Shown here in pieces: positions 18,558 through 28,182 of a stretch of 64,000 bases of DNA. The position numbers and the translations under genes are program-made. This DNA is from Gammaproteobacteria bacterium (GTDB lineage: Bacteria > Pseudomonadota > Gammaproteobacteria > Pseudomonadales > Porticoccaceae). The notes under the pieces were generated by a model. The model searched no databases, was not told where the DNA came from, and saw only the letters and a list, made by a program, of their open reading frames with translations. Within the stretch, counting starts at the first letter, position 1; each line of letters begins with the position of its first letter. The stretch covers positions 245-64,244 of the forward strand of contig JBKHWK010000001.1 of assembly GCA_046566625.1 (NCBI GenBank). The letters run 5' to 3'.

Positions 18558-20072
18558 ATGACGGTTCGTACCCGCGTCGCACCCTCGCCCACCGGCGATC
18601 CCCATGTAGGCACCGCCTACATCGCGCTCTTCAATTATTGCTTCGCGCGCCGCCACGGCGGGCAGTTCATTCTGCGCATCGAGGACACGGACCGCGCGCG
18701 CAGTACCGCAGCATCGGAAACCATGATCCTGGACGCTCTGCGCTGGCTGGGTCTGCGCTGGGACGAAGGCCCGGATGTGGGCGGCCCGCACGGTCCGTAT
18801 CGGCAGAGTGAGCGCGGCGACATCTACCGAGGCTATGCCGAACAGCTTGTGGACCAGGGCGATGCCTTTCTCTGCTTCGCCACTCCGGATGAGCTGGACG
18901 AGATGCGCCGCGCGCAGCTTGCTCGTGGCGAGACGCCGAAATATGACGGTCGCGGGCTTCATCTGACCGCTGGGGAAATCCAGGCACGCCTCGCGCGGGG
19001 CGAACCCCATGTCGTCCGCATGAAGGTCCCGCCTGATGGTGTGTGCCGCCTGCATGATCGGCTGCGCGGGGAAATCGAGATCGCCTGGTCGCAGGTCGAC
19101 ATGCAGGTGTTGCTGAAAGCCGATGGCCTGCCCACCTATCATCTTGCCAATGTGGTGGACGATCACCTGATGGGCATCACCCATGTCATTCGCGGCGAGG
19201 AGTGGATCAATTCGGCTCCCAAGCACCAACTGCTATACCGATACTTTGGCTGGCAGATGCCGGAGCTGTGTCACCTGCCGCTGCTGCGCAATCCCGATCA
19301 GAGCAAGCTCAGCAAACGCAAGAATCCCACCAGCATCAACTACTATCGGGCGATGGGTTACCTGCCGGAAGCCCTGCTCAATTATCTCGGGCGCATGGGC
19401 TGGGCCATGCCGGACGAAGCCGAGAAGTTCAGGCTGGACGAAATGCTCGCGCACTTCGATCTCGACAGGGTGCATTTGGGCGGTCCCGTCTTCGATACCG
19501 CGAAGCTCGACTGGCTGAACGGGCGCTGGATTCGGGAAGACCTCGACGACGCGGCCTTCGCGGATCGCGTTGCGGCCTGGGCGCTGAACCGCAATCACCT
19601 CGAACGCGTGGTGCCGCTCATCAAGGATCGGGTGGAGAAATTCAGTGATATCGCGCCCATCGCCGGTTTTCTGTTATCCGGGTTGCCCGTCCTCGGCGCC
19701 GATGCGTTCACACACAAGACGCTCAGCGCCGATGACTGCGCCCGCATCCTGCAATTTTCCGCCTGGACGCTCGAAGTGCTCAGCGACTGGCGGCGTGATC
19801 CGATTTATCAGGCGTTGAATGAACTGGCGGTAGCGACGGGCTACAAGCTGCGCGATTTCACCGCCCCATTGTACGTCGCGATCGCTGGCGCAACTTCGGC
19901 GCCGCCGCTGTTCGACAGCATGGTAATCCTGGGTCCGGATCTGGTGCGCGCCCGTTTGCGCGCAGCGCTGGCTCATGTGGGTGGCCCGTCGAAAAAGCAG
20001 CTCAAGCAGTGGCAGCAGGACTTTACCGCGCTCCGGAATGCGCGTGGGGATAGCCCAGCAATAGAGGATTGA
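18558..20072 (+). CDS. gltX: Glutamate--tRNA ligase
   Basis: 504 aa. [16 protein letters not shown] (HIGH-type) and KLSKRK (KMSKS-type). Confidence 0.95.
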   Translation: MTVRTRVAPSPTGDPHVGTAYIALFNYCFARRHGGQFILRIEDTDRARSTAASETMILDALRWLGLRWDEGPDVGGPHGPYRQSERGDIYRGYAEQLVDQGDAFLCFATPDELDEMRRAQLARGETPKYDGRGLHLTAGEIQARLARGEPHVVRMKVPPDGVCRLHDRLRGEIEIAWSQVDMQVLLKADGLPTYHLANVVDDHLMGITHVIRGEEWINSAPKHQLLYRYFGWQMPELCHLPLLRNPDQSKLSKRKNPTSINYYRAMGYLPEALLNYLGRMGWAMPDEAEKFRLDEMLAHFDLDRVHLGGPVFDTAKLDWLNGRWIREDLDDAAFADRVAAWALNRNHLERVVPLIKDRVEKFSDIAPIAGFLLSGLPVLGADAFTHKTLSADDCARILQFSAWTLEVLSDWRRDPIYQALNELAVATGYKLRDFTAPLYVAIAGATSAPPLFDSMVILGPDLVRARLRAALAHVGGPSKKQLKQWQQDFTALRNARGDSPAIED

Positions 20073-20135
20073 TGCTTGTCGTGCGATTTGGGAGCCGCCG
20101 GCAACGCCGTGCTGTCGCCCACCCCGCGACTCAAG

Positions 20136-20165
20136 TTGACACCCCTCAGGGCGCTTGCCTAGAAT
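20136..20165 (+). promoter_or_regulatory. Sigma-70-type promoter for tRNA-Ala
   Basis: TTGACA (20136-20141), an 18-nt spacer, then TAGAAT (20160-20165). A GC-rich discriminator follows, about 47 nt upstream of the tRNA. Confidence 0.6.
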
Positions 20166-20212
20166 GCCGCTCCTCGCGCGCCGGTGGCGTTGTTTTACTA
20201 GAGGCTTTTTTT

Positions 20213-20288
<76 letters not shown>

Positions 20289-20299
20289 ATCGCGGCAAA

Positions 20300-20334
20300 G
20301 CGCTCCCGAACCATCGGGGGCGCTTTTTCTTTTT
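20300..20334 (+). terminator. Rho-independent terminator after tRNA-Ala
   Basis: Stem GCGCTCCCGA / TCGGGGGCGC (one G:U pair), loop ACCA, then TTTTTCTTTTT. Confidence 0.7.
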
Positions 20335-20550
20335 GCAGCGTTGGGTTTTCATGGTGTATTCACATTGCCGCGGTGTCTCGCGCAACGTGGGCGTCAGGTG
20401 TTTCGGTCCGGCCGCACGGGTAAGTGCCATGAATGCGCGCGCTACAGCGGCAAAGTTTTGCGCGAGCTGGCCGAATGTCCAGGAACCCCTGGACTTGGCT
20501 TGTGCGGCCCAGATGCCGTCGCTACCATGGAAAAATTTCGCGGAGCCCCA

Positions 20551-21429
20551 ATGATTATCGGCAGCATCGTTGCCTTGGTTACCCCCATGTTGCCGGAGAC
20601 CGAGGCGATAGATTACCCGGCACTGCGGCGATTGGTGGACTGGCATCAGGCAGCCGGGACGGCCGCGATTGTCGCCGTTGGTACCACAGGTGAATCACCG
20701 ACTTTGTCCGTGGAGGAACATCTGCGGGTCATCGAGGTCTGCGTTGAGCAAGCGGCTGGGCGCTTGCCCATCATTGCGGGGACCGGGGCCAACAGCACCT
20801 CCGAGGCGATAGATCTGACGGCGGGCGCGCGTGAACGCGGCGCGGATGCGTGTCTGCTGGTTACGCCCTATTACAACAAGCCGACGCAGGAAGGTCTGTA
20901 TCTGCATCACCGGGCGATAGCCGAGGCGGTGGATATTGCCCAGGTTCTCTACAATGTTCCGGGCCGGACGGGTTGCGACATGCTGCCGGACACCGTGGTA
21001 AGGCTGGCGCAGATTCCCAATATCGTTGGTATCAAGGAGGCTACCGGAGATCTCGAGCGCGCCCGCGATCTGGTCGCCCGTTGTCCGGAGGACTTCGCGG
21101 TGTATTCCGGTGACGACGCCACCGCCATGGATCTGATGCTGCTGGGCGGCAAGGGCAATATCGGCGTCACCGCCAATGTGGCGCCGGCGCAGATGCGCGA
21201 TCTCTGTGATGCAGCACTGGCCGGTGATCGGGTACGGGCGGAGGCGATCAATGACCGGCTTCTCGCGCTGCACTGGGCGCTGTTTCTGGAATCGAATCCG
21301 ATCCCGGTGAAGTGGGCGGTTGCCGAACTGGGGTTGATGGCGGATGTTATCCGGCTGCCGTTGACGCCACTCTCTCCCGGCCTGCACGCGCGGGTTAGGG
21401 AAGCGATGCACAGCGCTGGACTGCTTTAA
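20551..21429 (+). CDS. dapA: 4-hydroxy-tetrahydrodipicolinate synthase
   Basis: 292 aa from [17 protein letters not shown] sits 6 nt upstream. Blocks VGTTGES and YNVPGRTG. dapA-bamC synteny. Confidence 0.95.
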   Translation: MIIGSIVALVTPMLPETEAIDYPALRRLVDWHQAAGTAAIVAVGTTGESPTLSVEEHLRVIEVCVEQAAGRLPIIAGTGANSTSEAIDLTAGARERGADACLLVTPYYNKPTQEGLYLHHRAIAEAVDIAQVLYNVPGRTGCDMLPDTVVRLAQIPNIVGIKEATGDLERARDLVARCPEDFAVYSGDDATAMDLMLLGGKGNIGVTANVAPAQMRDLCDAALAGDRVRAEAINDRLLALHWALFLESNPIPVKWAVAELGLMADVIRLPLTPLSPGLHARVREAMHSAGLL

Positions 21430-21527
21430 CAGCTTGTGTGGTCGAAGGTTGTGGCGCGGGCCGTGACCGAAGCGGAGATGATGCCAATCCGGCAGAATGT
21501 TTCGGGAAGGATGTCCCGTACGAGGTG

Positions 21528-22574
21528 ATGCTGATGAAACGATTCGGGGTAGTGCTTTGCTTCGCGCTGACGCTTTCTGGGTGCGGAATGTTCGCCGATG
21601 ACGGGCTGTTTCGTAACCGCGGCGACGACTATCTCGCCGCCCGGGAGCATCCGGTTATCCGCGTGCCCGATGGCCTGGATGGCCAGGCACTCGGAGAGCT
21701 GTATACCATTCCGGCAGTTGCAGAGCCGCTGATCCCAGACGCGAATAACGACATCCCTCGGCCGCAGCCGTTGGGAACCTCCCTGCTTGAAGAAGAAATC
21801 AAGGTTCAGTCGCTCGGCGACAAACGCTGGATATGGATCAATCGTGCGCCGGCGGAGGTATGGCCGCGGGTGCGCAATACGTTGAACACCAACGATGTCG
21901 CGGTCGCTCGCGCCGAAGCGGCGGACGGTGTGATCGAGACGGTGTGGGTTGAGTTCGACGATGACCCCGGCAATCTTCACCGCTACCGCCTGCGGATGGA
22001 GCAGGGTATGCAGACCGATACCACCGAGGTTTCCATCAGCCACGCGGTGATGCCGAAAGGTGGCACGGTGGTGCCGCCGTGGCCGGAATCTTCGCTCGCC
22101 GATGAGCGCGAGCGCACCATGGCGGATTTCATTGCCAGCGGTTTGGCCGGCAATGCCGGAGGAGGCCAGGTATCGCTGTTGGCGCAATCCATCGGTAGTG
22201 GCGCCAAGGTGGAAGTGGTGGCTGCGGCGGACGCCGCGCCCTATCTTCTGCTCAAATCGGGATACGACCGCTCCTGGGCGTCGGTCGCCCAGTCGGTTTC
22301 GCGCGACGAGTTTGTACTGATAGACCAGGATCGCACCCGCGGACTGTTCTATGTCACCCTCAAGGAAGATGTCGAGCAGGAAAAACCGGGATTTTTTGCG
22401 CGGATGCTGGGTGCCGGCAAAAGTGATCGAGGAGCGCCGCTCGCCGCGAATTACCGGATCGAGCTGCAGAACACTGACCAGGGTGTCCAGGTGCGGATCA
22501 ATGGTGAGAAGGATCCTCTGGAACGCACCCGGATGCTCGAATTGCTAAAGCGGATCCGCGCCAACCTCGCCTGA
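21528..22574 (+). CDS. bamC: Outer membrane protein assembly factor BamC (NlpB) lipoprotein
   Basis: Lipobox LTLSGC after MLMKRFGVVLCFA. Conserved position downstream of dapA. Confidence 0.8.
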   Translation: MLMKRFGVVLCFALTLSGCGMFADDGLFRNRGDDYLAAREHPVIRVPDGLDGQALGELYTIPAVAEPLIPDANNDIPRPQPLGTSLLEEEIKVQSLGDKRWIWINRAPAEVWPRVRNTLNTNDVAVARAEAADGVIETVWVEFDDDPGNLHRYRLRMEQGMQTDTTEVSISHAVMPKGGTVVPPWPESSLADERERTMADFIASGLAGNAGGGQVSLLAQSIGSGAKVEVVAAADAAPYLLLKSGYDRSWASVAQSVSRDEFVLIDQDRTRGLFYVTLKEDVEQEKPGFFARMLGAGKSDRGAPLAANYRIELQNTDQGVQVRINGEKDPLERTRMLELLKRIRANLA

Positions 22575-22581
22575 CACTCCG

Positions 22582-23340
22582 ATGCGGTTTGCTTCCCTGG
22601 GTAGCGGAAGCCGCGGCAATGCCGCGCTCGTGGAGGCCGGTGGCACCTGCGTGATGGTCGATTGCGGGTTTTCGATGCGCGAGGCCTGCCGGCGTCTTGC
22701 CGTGCTGGGCCGTGTTCCCGCCGATCTCACCGCCATCCTCGTCACCCACGAGCACGGGGACCATGTGGACGGCGTGCTGCCGTTGGCGCGCCGTTTTGGC
22801 ATTCCGGTGTGGATGACGGCGGGCACTGCGCGCGCGGTGGGCGTCGGTTCCGATGATCCGGTGCGGGTGATTGCCAGCGGTGCTCGGATGGAATTGGCTG
22901 GCATCGAGGTGGAGGCCGTCGCCGTTCCCCACGATGCGCGCGAACCCGTTCAGTACATCTTCACGGTGGCGAATCTAAAACTGGGCATCCTGACGGACCT
23001 GGGCAGCGTCACTCCCCATGTCGTGGGGCGCTATCGACACTGCCGGGGATTACTGCTCGAAGCCAATCATGATTTTGCACTGCTGGCGGACGGACCCTAT
23101 CCGGACGCCCTCAAGCGCCGCGTGGGTGGCGACTGGGGTCATCTCAGCAACGCGCAGGCGGCGCAACTATTGCAGCGGCTCGGCGGCGATGTGCTGCGCA
23201 CGCTCGTTGTGGGGCATATCAGTCGGCAGAACAACAGCCTGGAGTTGGTACAACAGGCGCTGGCGCCAGTGACCGGGCATCTTGATCAGGTACTTTACGC
23301 CAGCCAGGACGAAGGTTTCAGTTGGCAGGAACTGGGTTGA
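22582..23340 (+). CDS. MBL-fold metallo-hydrolase
   Basis: 252 aa. THEHGDH metal-binding motif. This position between bamC and purC is conserved in related genomes. Confidence 0.8.
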   Translation: MRFASLGSGSRGNAALVEAGGTCVMVDCGFSMREACRRLAVLGRVPADLTAILVTHEHGDHVDGVLPLARRFGIPVWMTAGTARAVGVGSDDPVRVIASGARMELAGIEVEAVAVPHDAREPVQYIFTVANLKLGILTDLGSVTPHVVGRYRHCRGLLLEANHDFALLADGPYPDALKRRVGGDWGHLSNAQAAQLLQRLGGDVLRTLVVGHISRQNNSLELVQQALAPVTGHLDQVLYASQDEGFSWQELG

Positions 23341-23367
23341 TCCACCTAGCCGAGAGGGGTGAATAGT

Positions 23368-24081
23368 ATGGAAAAACGCGAGGAGCTTTATCGCGGTAAG
23401 GCCAAGTCGGTCTTTGCGACCGACGATCCTGAACTTCTGGTGATGTTGTTTCGCGACGATACCTCGGCCTTTGACGGCAAGAAGCGCGAGCAGCTTGAGC
23501 GCAAAGGATCGGTGAACAACCGGTTCAATGCGTTCGTGATGGAGAAGCTTGCGGCGGCCGGGGTTCCCACCCACTTTGTGCGTCGGCTGGATGATCGCCA
23601 GACGCTGGTAAAACGCTTGGCGATGCTGCCGTTGGAGTGCGTGGTGCGCAATCTGGCTGCCGGCAGCCTGTGCCGTCGTTATGGGATCGAGGAAGGACGG
23701 GTGCTCAGCCCGCCGACATTCGAATTCTTCCTCAAAAGCGATCCGCTTGGCGATCCCATGGTGAACGAGTACCACATCCATAGTCTGGGGTGGGCAGAGG
23801 CCTGGCAAGTGGAGCGCATGAAGGAGCTTACGTTTCGTATCAACGACATCCTCACACCCTTGTTCCTTGCCGGCGGCATGGTGCTGGTGGACTACAAATT
23901 GGAGTTTGGGGTGATGGATGGCGCGCTGTTGCTCGGCGATGAGGTGACGCCTGATGGTTGCCGGGTATGGGATCGGGACACGCGGGAAAAACTGGATAAG
24001 GATCGATTCCGTCAGGATCTGGGTCGAGTGGTGGAATCCTACGAATTGATTGGCGAACGTCTGGGGCTGAGGTTTGACTGA
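23368..24081 (+). CDS. purC: Phosphoribosylaminoimidazole-succinocarboxamide synthase
   Basis: [16 protein letters not shown] matches the canonical PurC N-terminus. [11 protein letters not shown] upstream. The track ORF begins at GTG 23359. Confidence 0.95.
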   Translation: MEKREELYRGKAKSVFATDDPELLVMLFRDDTSAFDGKKREQLERKGSVNNRFNAFVMEKLAAAGVPTHFVRRLDDRQTLVKRLAMLPLECVVRNLAAGSLCRRYGIEEGRVLSPPTFEFFLKSDPLGDPMVNEYHIHSLGWAEAWQVERMKELTFRINDILTPLFLAGGMVLVDYKLEFGVMDGALLLGDEVTPDGCRVWDRDTREKLDKDRFRQDLGRVVESYELIGERLGLRFD

Positions 24082-24219
24082 TCAGGTTGGCCAGCCCGTG
24101 ACCTATCCCTGGATGACGCGAGATGAGCCATGTTCGGGCATTCAGGCGCTCATTCTGGTGCGCAGGGACAATCACCGCGCCCCGCCCCCGGTCACGCGGG
24201 CGGGGAGGTCACGGGTTTG

Positions 24220-24431
24220 TTTTCCACAGTTGGCGAAGAGTCATTAGCGCCGTTTTACGAAAGCGACGCAACCCTTTGATTTTTATTTACAGAATATATA
24301 ACCCATTGATTTTTATTAAAATTTAAATTTGGTGAAAAAATAATCATTCTGTAGGAAGGCCGCTAGGCGCAAGGTTTCCGGCGGTCTTTATTATCCTTAT
24401 CAACAAAGTTATCCACAGAAATTGTGGGTAA
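24220..24431. promoter_or_regulatory. AT-rich island with DnaA-box-like and IHF-consensus motifs (function unknown)
   Basis: DnaA-box-like: TTTTCCACA 24220-24228, TTATCCACA 24409-24417, and TTACCCACA on the minus strand 24423-24431. An 18-bp direct repeat (A)ACCC(T/A)TTGATTTTTATT sits at 24270-24287 and 24300-24317. Each copy contains a minus-strand WATCAANNNNTTR match (24269-24281 and 24299-24311). Confidence 0.3.
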
Positions 24432-24462
24432 CTGAAACCGCGCTTTCCAAGCCGGGTAACGG

Positions 24463-24897
24463 CTACTTCAAACAATGCGCCGGCAGTACAACAACAACGC
24501 CGCGAGCCGTCAAGGCACTCCCCGCAGAGCAATTGAGACCAGGATTTGCGCTCAGGTCGAGCTGCGCCAGCGAAGGCAGGGACAGCAGGGGTTCGACCGT
24601 GGTTATGCGGTTGTCCGCCAGATTCACTATTTCCAGCGATCCGAAAATCTCGAGCCCTCCGAGATCGACAATGCCGGCATGGGTGCACACCAAACGGGTG
24701 AGCTGACGTCCGGCAGTAATTTGGTTGTCGTGAATGGTCTGGGCGACACAGTCGCGTAGCGCCAGGTCGTCGATACGATAGCTCGCGAAGAGCTGTGGTG
24801 GGCTGTGGAGCGGCTGATCGTTGAGCGTGACCTCATAACGGTTGCACCCCGCCGCCAGGAGAAGCGGCCCCAGCGAAAAAAACAGCAGTCGTCGCAT
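24463..24897 (-). CDS. Small leucine-rich-repeat lipoprotein
   Basis: 144 aa. Lipobox LLAAGC. LRR units such as LEIVNLADNRITTVEPLLSLPSLAQLDLSANP. Confidence 0.65.
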   Translation of the reverse strand: MRRLLFFSLGPLLLAAGCNRYEVTLNDQPLHSPPQLFASYRIDDLALRDCVAQTIHDNQITAGRQLTRLVCTHAGIVDLGGLEIFGSLEIVNLADNRITTVEPLLSLPSLAQLDLSANPGLNCSAGSALTARGVVVVLPAHCLK

Positions 24898-25112
24898 CGC
24901 CCGGACCTCTCAAATTGTGATGTGCATTCTAGCGGCTGCCGGCCTTGAAAGGCTAGGATCAATGATCTGCGCGGGATTAGCGTGCCGTGTCTGTGCTGGC
25001 GCAGCGGCCGAGTCGATTGGCTACGCGCGCGGCACCATCCCAACCCTGTTCTGGAGGCTCGGAATGCAGCGGTTAACGGTCTGCCACGCTTCGCTTTTTA
25101 ACACGGTACGTT

Positions 25113-25955
25113 ATGTCAGGTGACCTGTTGGCAGACGCGCATGCAATGGCGTGTCCAGGTCCGCTGGTGGCCGTCGCGACCGATCATCTCAATGTGGCAG
25201 CCGGCAGGGACCTGGCTCGGCGCTTGGCGTTGACGTTTCTTGATCCCGGGGTCGCCGCCCCGAACATAACGCCTTTTATTCTGAGCCTCAGCGGCGACGG
25301 CCTCGCGCTGTTGAGCTCCGAAGACCGTTTCGGGGCCATCGCGTGTGATTTCACCGGCGGCCGCATGCGGCACCGGCATCATCATGGCGGTGGAGTGGGC
25401 CAGGCGATTGCCCGTGCGGTGGGCCTCAAGCACACCTCTCAACTGCTGATCGCGGATCTCACGGCAGGCTTGGGTGAGGACGCCTTCGTGCTGGCAGGGC
25501 TGGGCGCCCGGGTGGTCATGGTCGAACGACATCCGGTGGTCGCCGCCCTGCTCGAAGATGGCTTGCGGCGCGCCCGTCAGGAGGCCCAGAACGCGGATAT
25601 CCTGGCTGCGGTTGAGCGCCTGTCGTTGGTCACTGCGGACGCCCGGGAATGGTTGGTGGCGACCGATCCGCTCGACGTGATCTATCTTGATCCGATGTTT
25701 CCGGAGCGACACAAGAGTGCCCTGGTGCGCAAGGAAATGCAGGTCTTACAGCGCTTGGTCGGTGCGGATGCCGATTGCGACGAGCTGCTGGGGCTGGCGC
25801 TTGAGCGGGCACGGTATCGGGTGGTCGTAAAGCGGGCGCGCCACGCGCCGCCTCTTGCCGGGCGAGAGCCAACTTTTTGCGTCGCTGGCAAAACGACACG
25901 CTTCGATGTGTATGCGCTGCGCAAGCTACAGGGAGCCTCTGCTCAATCAGACTGA
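25113..25955 (+). CDS. rsmJ: 16S rRNA (guanine1516-N2)-methyltransferase RsmJ-like SAM-dependent methyltransferase
   Basis: DLTAGLGEDAFVLAGLGARVVMVERHP and VIYLDPMFPERHKSALVRKEM resemble the RsmJ (DUF548) family. Confidence 0.75.
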   Translation: MSGDLLADAHAMACPGPLVAVATDHLNVAAGRDLARRLALTFLDPGVAAPNITPFILSLSGDGLALLSSEDRFGAIACDFTGGRMRHRHHHGGGVGQAIARAVGLKHTSQLLIADLTAGLGEDAFVLAGLGARVVMVERHPVVAALLEDGLRRARQEAQNADILAAVERLSLVTADAREWLVATDPLDVIYLDPMFPERHKSALVRKEMQVLQRLVGADADCDELLGLALERARYRVVVKRARHAPPLAGREPTFCVAGKTTRFDVYALRKLQGASAQSD

Positions 25956-25980
25956 GTTTGATTGGGTGATCATGGTCCCG

Positions 25981-26105
25981 GTCGCGAGGGGGCCAGCTGC
26001 GAGGCGCACGGCGCGCAGCGACCGAGACATATCAAATAGATAGGCGAGGGATCGAGCACCGCGCAACGAAGCAGATGGCTGCCGCAGCAGTTTTTCAACA
26101 AGCTG
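25981..26105. repeat. MITE-like imperfect-palindrome element, copy A (left end missing or degenerate)
   Basis: The core GTCGCGAGGGGGCCAGCTGCGAGGCGCACGGCGCGCAGCGACCGAGA... through the right TIR GTTTTTCAACAAGCTG (26090-26105) is nearly identical to copy C. Begins 26 nt after the rsmJ stop. Confidence 0.85.
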
Positions 26106-26110
26106 CTAAA

Positions 26111-26968
26111 ATGGCCACCCCATCTCTGGCGGATGGGCGTCCCAAAAGTGGCACCATGGCAATTGATCCGCCCGCAGCTTTCTTCGAATCCGCGCCCTGG
26201 CTGAATGGACCTTCTGCGCTCGATGCGGATTGGTCCGATGTCGTGGATGCGGTTTACTGCATATCGCTGCAGACCCGACCCGACCGCATGGCGGCGGCAA
26301 ATGCCGAAATCAACCGGGTCGGACTGGCGCCGTTGACCACTTTTTACCGGCCACTCCCACATCCGGAACGGCCTGTTCAAGGGATCTGGGAAAGCCACCG
26401 CGCCGTGGCCCGTCACGCGCTGGAACGTGGCTTGCGGCGCGTACTGATTCTTGAGGACGACATTCGCTTCAGCCGGCCGCCGACCGCTGCCCGCCGTGCC
26501 CGGCTTGCTGCACAACTGGCTGGCTTGCCGGCAGACTGGAACATCTTCTTTCTTGGCCACTGGCCGTTCCGGGCAAGATTCGTTGCGCGCGATCTGGTGC
26601 AAGTGGAATCCGCCTGCGCGCACGCCTACATTGCCAGCGAACGTGTGCTGCGGTGGCTCGCCGAGCGGCCATTCGGTTTCGACGGTGTGGCATTGCGCCG
26701 GGGTGCCGGCAAGGGCATCGACTCCGCATATTCGGTGTTGCCGGACTGCTTCGCGGTGTTTCCGATGCTGGTGGTGCAGGGCGCAAGCCCGAGCGACCAC
26801 TTTGCCCATCTGCGCAACAAGGGAGGCCGCAAGTTGCATCACCGGCTGATGCGCTGGGTACCCGCCGAGCGGTTTTACGCCTTCGGAATGCGCGCGGCGG
26901 AAGTCGCGGCAGTGGCGCGGGCGTTACCCAGTTTCTTCCGGGCGCTGCTGGTGCGACCCAAGCGCTGA
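26111..26968 (+). CDS. Glycosyltransferase family 25-like protein (LPS/LOS biosynthesis type)
   Basis: VYCISLQTRPDRM, ILEDDIRF and AHAYIASERVLRWL resemble GT25. Start uncertain. Track start 26075 lies inside the repeat element, so ATG 26111 is preferred. Confidence 0.5.
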   Translation: MATPSLADGRPKSGTMAIDPPAAFFESAPWLNGPSALDADWSDVVDAVYCISLQTRPDRMAAANAEINRVGLAPLTTFYRPLPHPERPVQGIWESHRAVARHALERGLRRVLILEDDIRFSRPPTAARRARLAAQLAGLPADWNIFFLGHWPFRARFVARDLVQVESACAHAYIASERVLRWLAERPFGFDGVALRRGAGKGIDSAYSVLPDCFAVFPMLVVQGASPSDHFAHLRNKGGRKLHHRLMRWVPAERFYAFGMRAAEVAAVARALPSFFRALLVRPKR

Positions 26969-26985
26969 GGACCCCTCCCGCGCGA

Positions 26986-28122
26986 CTATCGCGGCGGAAG
27001 CAGCAAGCGTTCGAGCAAATCCCGATAGATTCCGGACAATAACTCCAGATCGGCGATCGTTACCTGCTCGTCGACCTTGTGGATGCTGGCGTTGATCACG
27101 CCGAGCTCCACCACCTGGGTGCCGAGGGGAGCGATGAAGCGGCCGTCGGAAGTCCCGCCGCCAGTCGACAACTCGGTGCGCGTTCCCGTCCGGTCGTGGA
27201 TCGCACCGACAACCGCGTTCACCAGATCGCCAGTGGGCGTCAAAAAGGGTTCGCCGCTGAGCTGCCAGTCGAGATCGTAGTTGAGCCCGTGGCGGTCCAG
27301 AATCGCCTCGGTGCGGGTCTGCAATTGCGCCGCGGTGACGGCGGTGGAAAACCGGAAATTGAACAGCGCTCGCAGTTCGCCCGGGATGACGTTGGTGACC
27401 CCTTCGCCGGCCGCTAGGTTTGAAATCTGGAAGCTGGTGGGCGGGAAGTAGGCATTGCCCCGGTCCCAGATTTCCACCGCGAGGTCTGCGAGCGCCGGTG
27501 CGGCGCGATGGATGGGATTGTCGGCGCGCTCGGGGTAGGCGACGTGGCCCTGGACGCCGTGCACCCGCAGGGTGCCGTTGAGGGAGCCGCGGCGACCGTT
27601 GCGGATGACGTCGCCCAGCGCCGTGCTGCTGGAAGGCTCGCCCACCAGGCACCAGTCAGGGCGCGTGCCCTGCTCGCGCAGCCAGTTCACTACCCGGACG
27701 GTACCATCGTGAGCCGGACCTTCTTCATCGCTGGTGAGCAGAAAACCGATGCGGCCGGGATGGTGCGGATGAGCGGCGACAAAGGCCTCGACCGCGGTGA
27801 CCATGGCGGCGAGCGCGCCCTTCATGTCTGCGGCGCCGCGACCGTAGAGGACACCATTCTCAATGTGTGGCACGAAGGGCGGATGGCGCCAAGCGTGGTC
27901 CGGGCCGGACGGCACCACATCCGTATGGCCGGCGAAGCAGAACAGCGGACCCTCGCTGCCGCGCACCGCCCAGAGATTGCTGACGTCGCCAAAGGGCAGG
28001 GGCGTCAGCGCAAACCCGGCAGCGGCCAGACGCGCGCCCAAAAGATCGAGGCAGCCGGCGTCGGCGGGCGTGACCGAGGGGCAGCGAATCAGGTCGCAGG
28101 CGAGCGCCAAGGTGGGTGACAT
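26986..28122 (-). CDS. dapE: Succinyl-diaminopimelate desuccinylase
   Basis: M20 family. [24 protein letters not shown] aligns to the DapE N-terminus. GHTDVVP and SDEEGPA motifs. Two further in-frame ATGs lie upstream, at 28131 and 28140. Confidence 0.9.
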   Translation of the reverse strand: MSPTLALACDLIRCPSVTPADAGCLDLLGARLAAAGFALTPLPFGDVSNLWAVRGSEGPLFCFAGHTDVVPSGPDHAWRHPPFVPHIENGVLYGRGAADMKGALAAMVTAVEAFVAAHPHHPGRIGFLLTSDEEGPAHDGTVRVVNWLREQGTRPDWCLVGEPSSSTALGDVIRNGRRGSLNGTLRVHGVQGHVAYPERADNPIHRAAPALADLAVEIWDRGNAYFPPTSFQISNLAAGEGVTNVIPGELRALFNFRFSTAVTAAQLQTRTEAILDRHGLNYDLDWQLSGEPFLTPTGDLVNAVVGAIHDRTGTRTELSTGGGTSDGRFIAPLGTQVVELGVINASIHKVDEQVTIADLELLSGIYRDLLERLLLPPR

Positions 28123-28182
28123 GGGGCGCATGGGGCTCATGGGGTTGATGGGTATGTTAAAGGGGGCCGTCTCGATAGGCGG

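Noticed and set aside
24123-24326. 67-aa plus-strand ORF running into the AT-rich island.
   Set aside because: Its composition switches from Arg-rich to Ile/Phe-rich exactly where base composition changes, which is typical of a non-coding frame. There is no RBS or family match.
24220-24431. Chromosomal replication origin (oriC).
   Set aside because: There are only three or four DnaA-box-like sites, and none of the usual flanking genes (dnaA, dnaN, gidA/mnmG, rpmH) is present. The DNA-unwinding-element-like repeats are only two copies. The weaker hypothesis of a DnaA/IHF regulatory site or origin relic is reported instead.
25970-26842. 290-aa minus-strand ORF. Related small ORFs at 44982..45243 and 56571..57161 share the peptide GRCAPCASQLAPSR.
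   Set aside because: The shared peptide is the translation of the MITE-like repeat itself. The remainder is antisense to the GT25-like gene, the bamA 3' flank and tilS.
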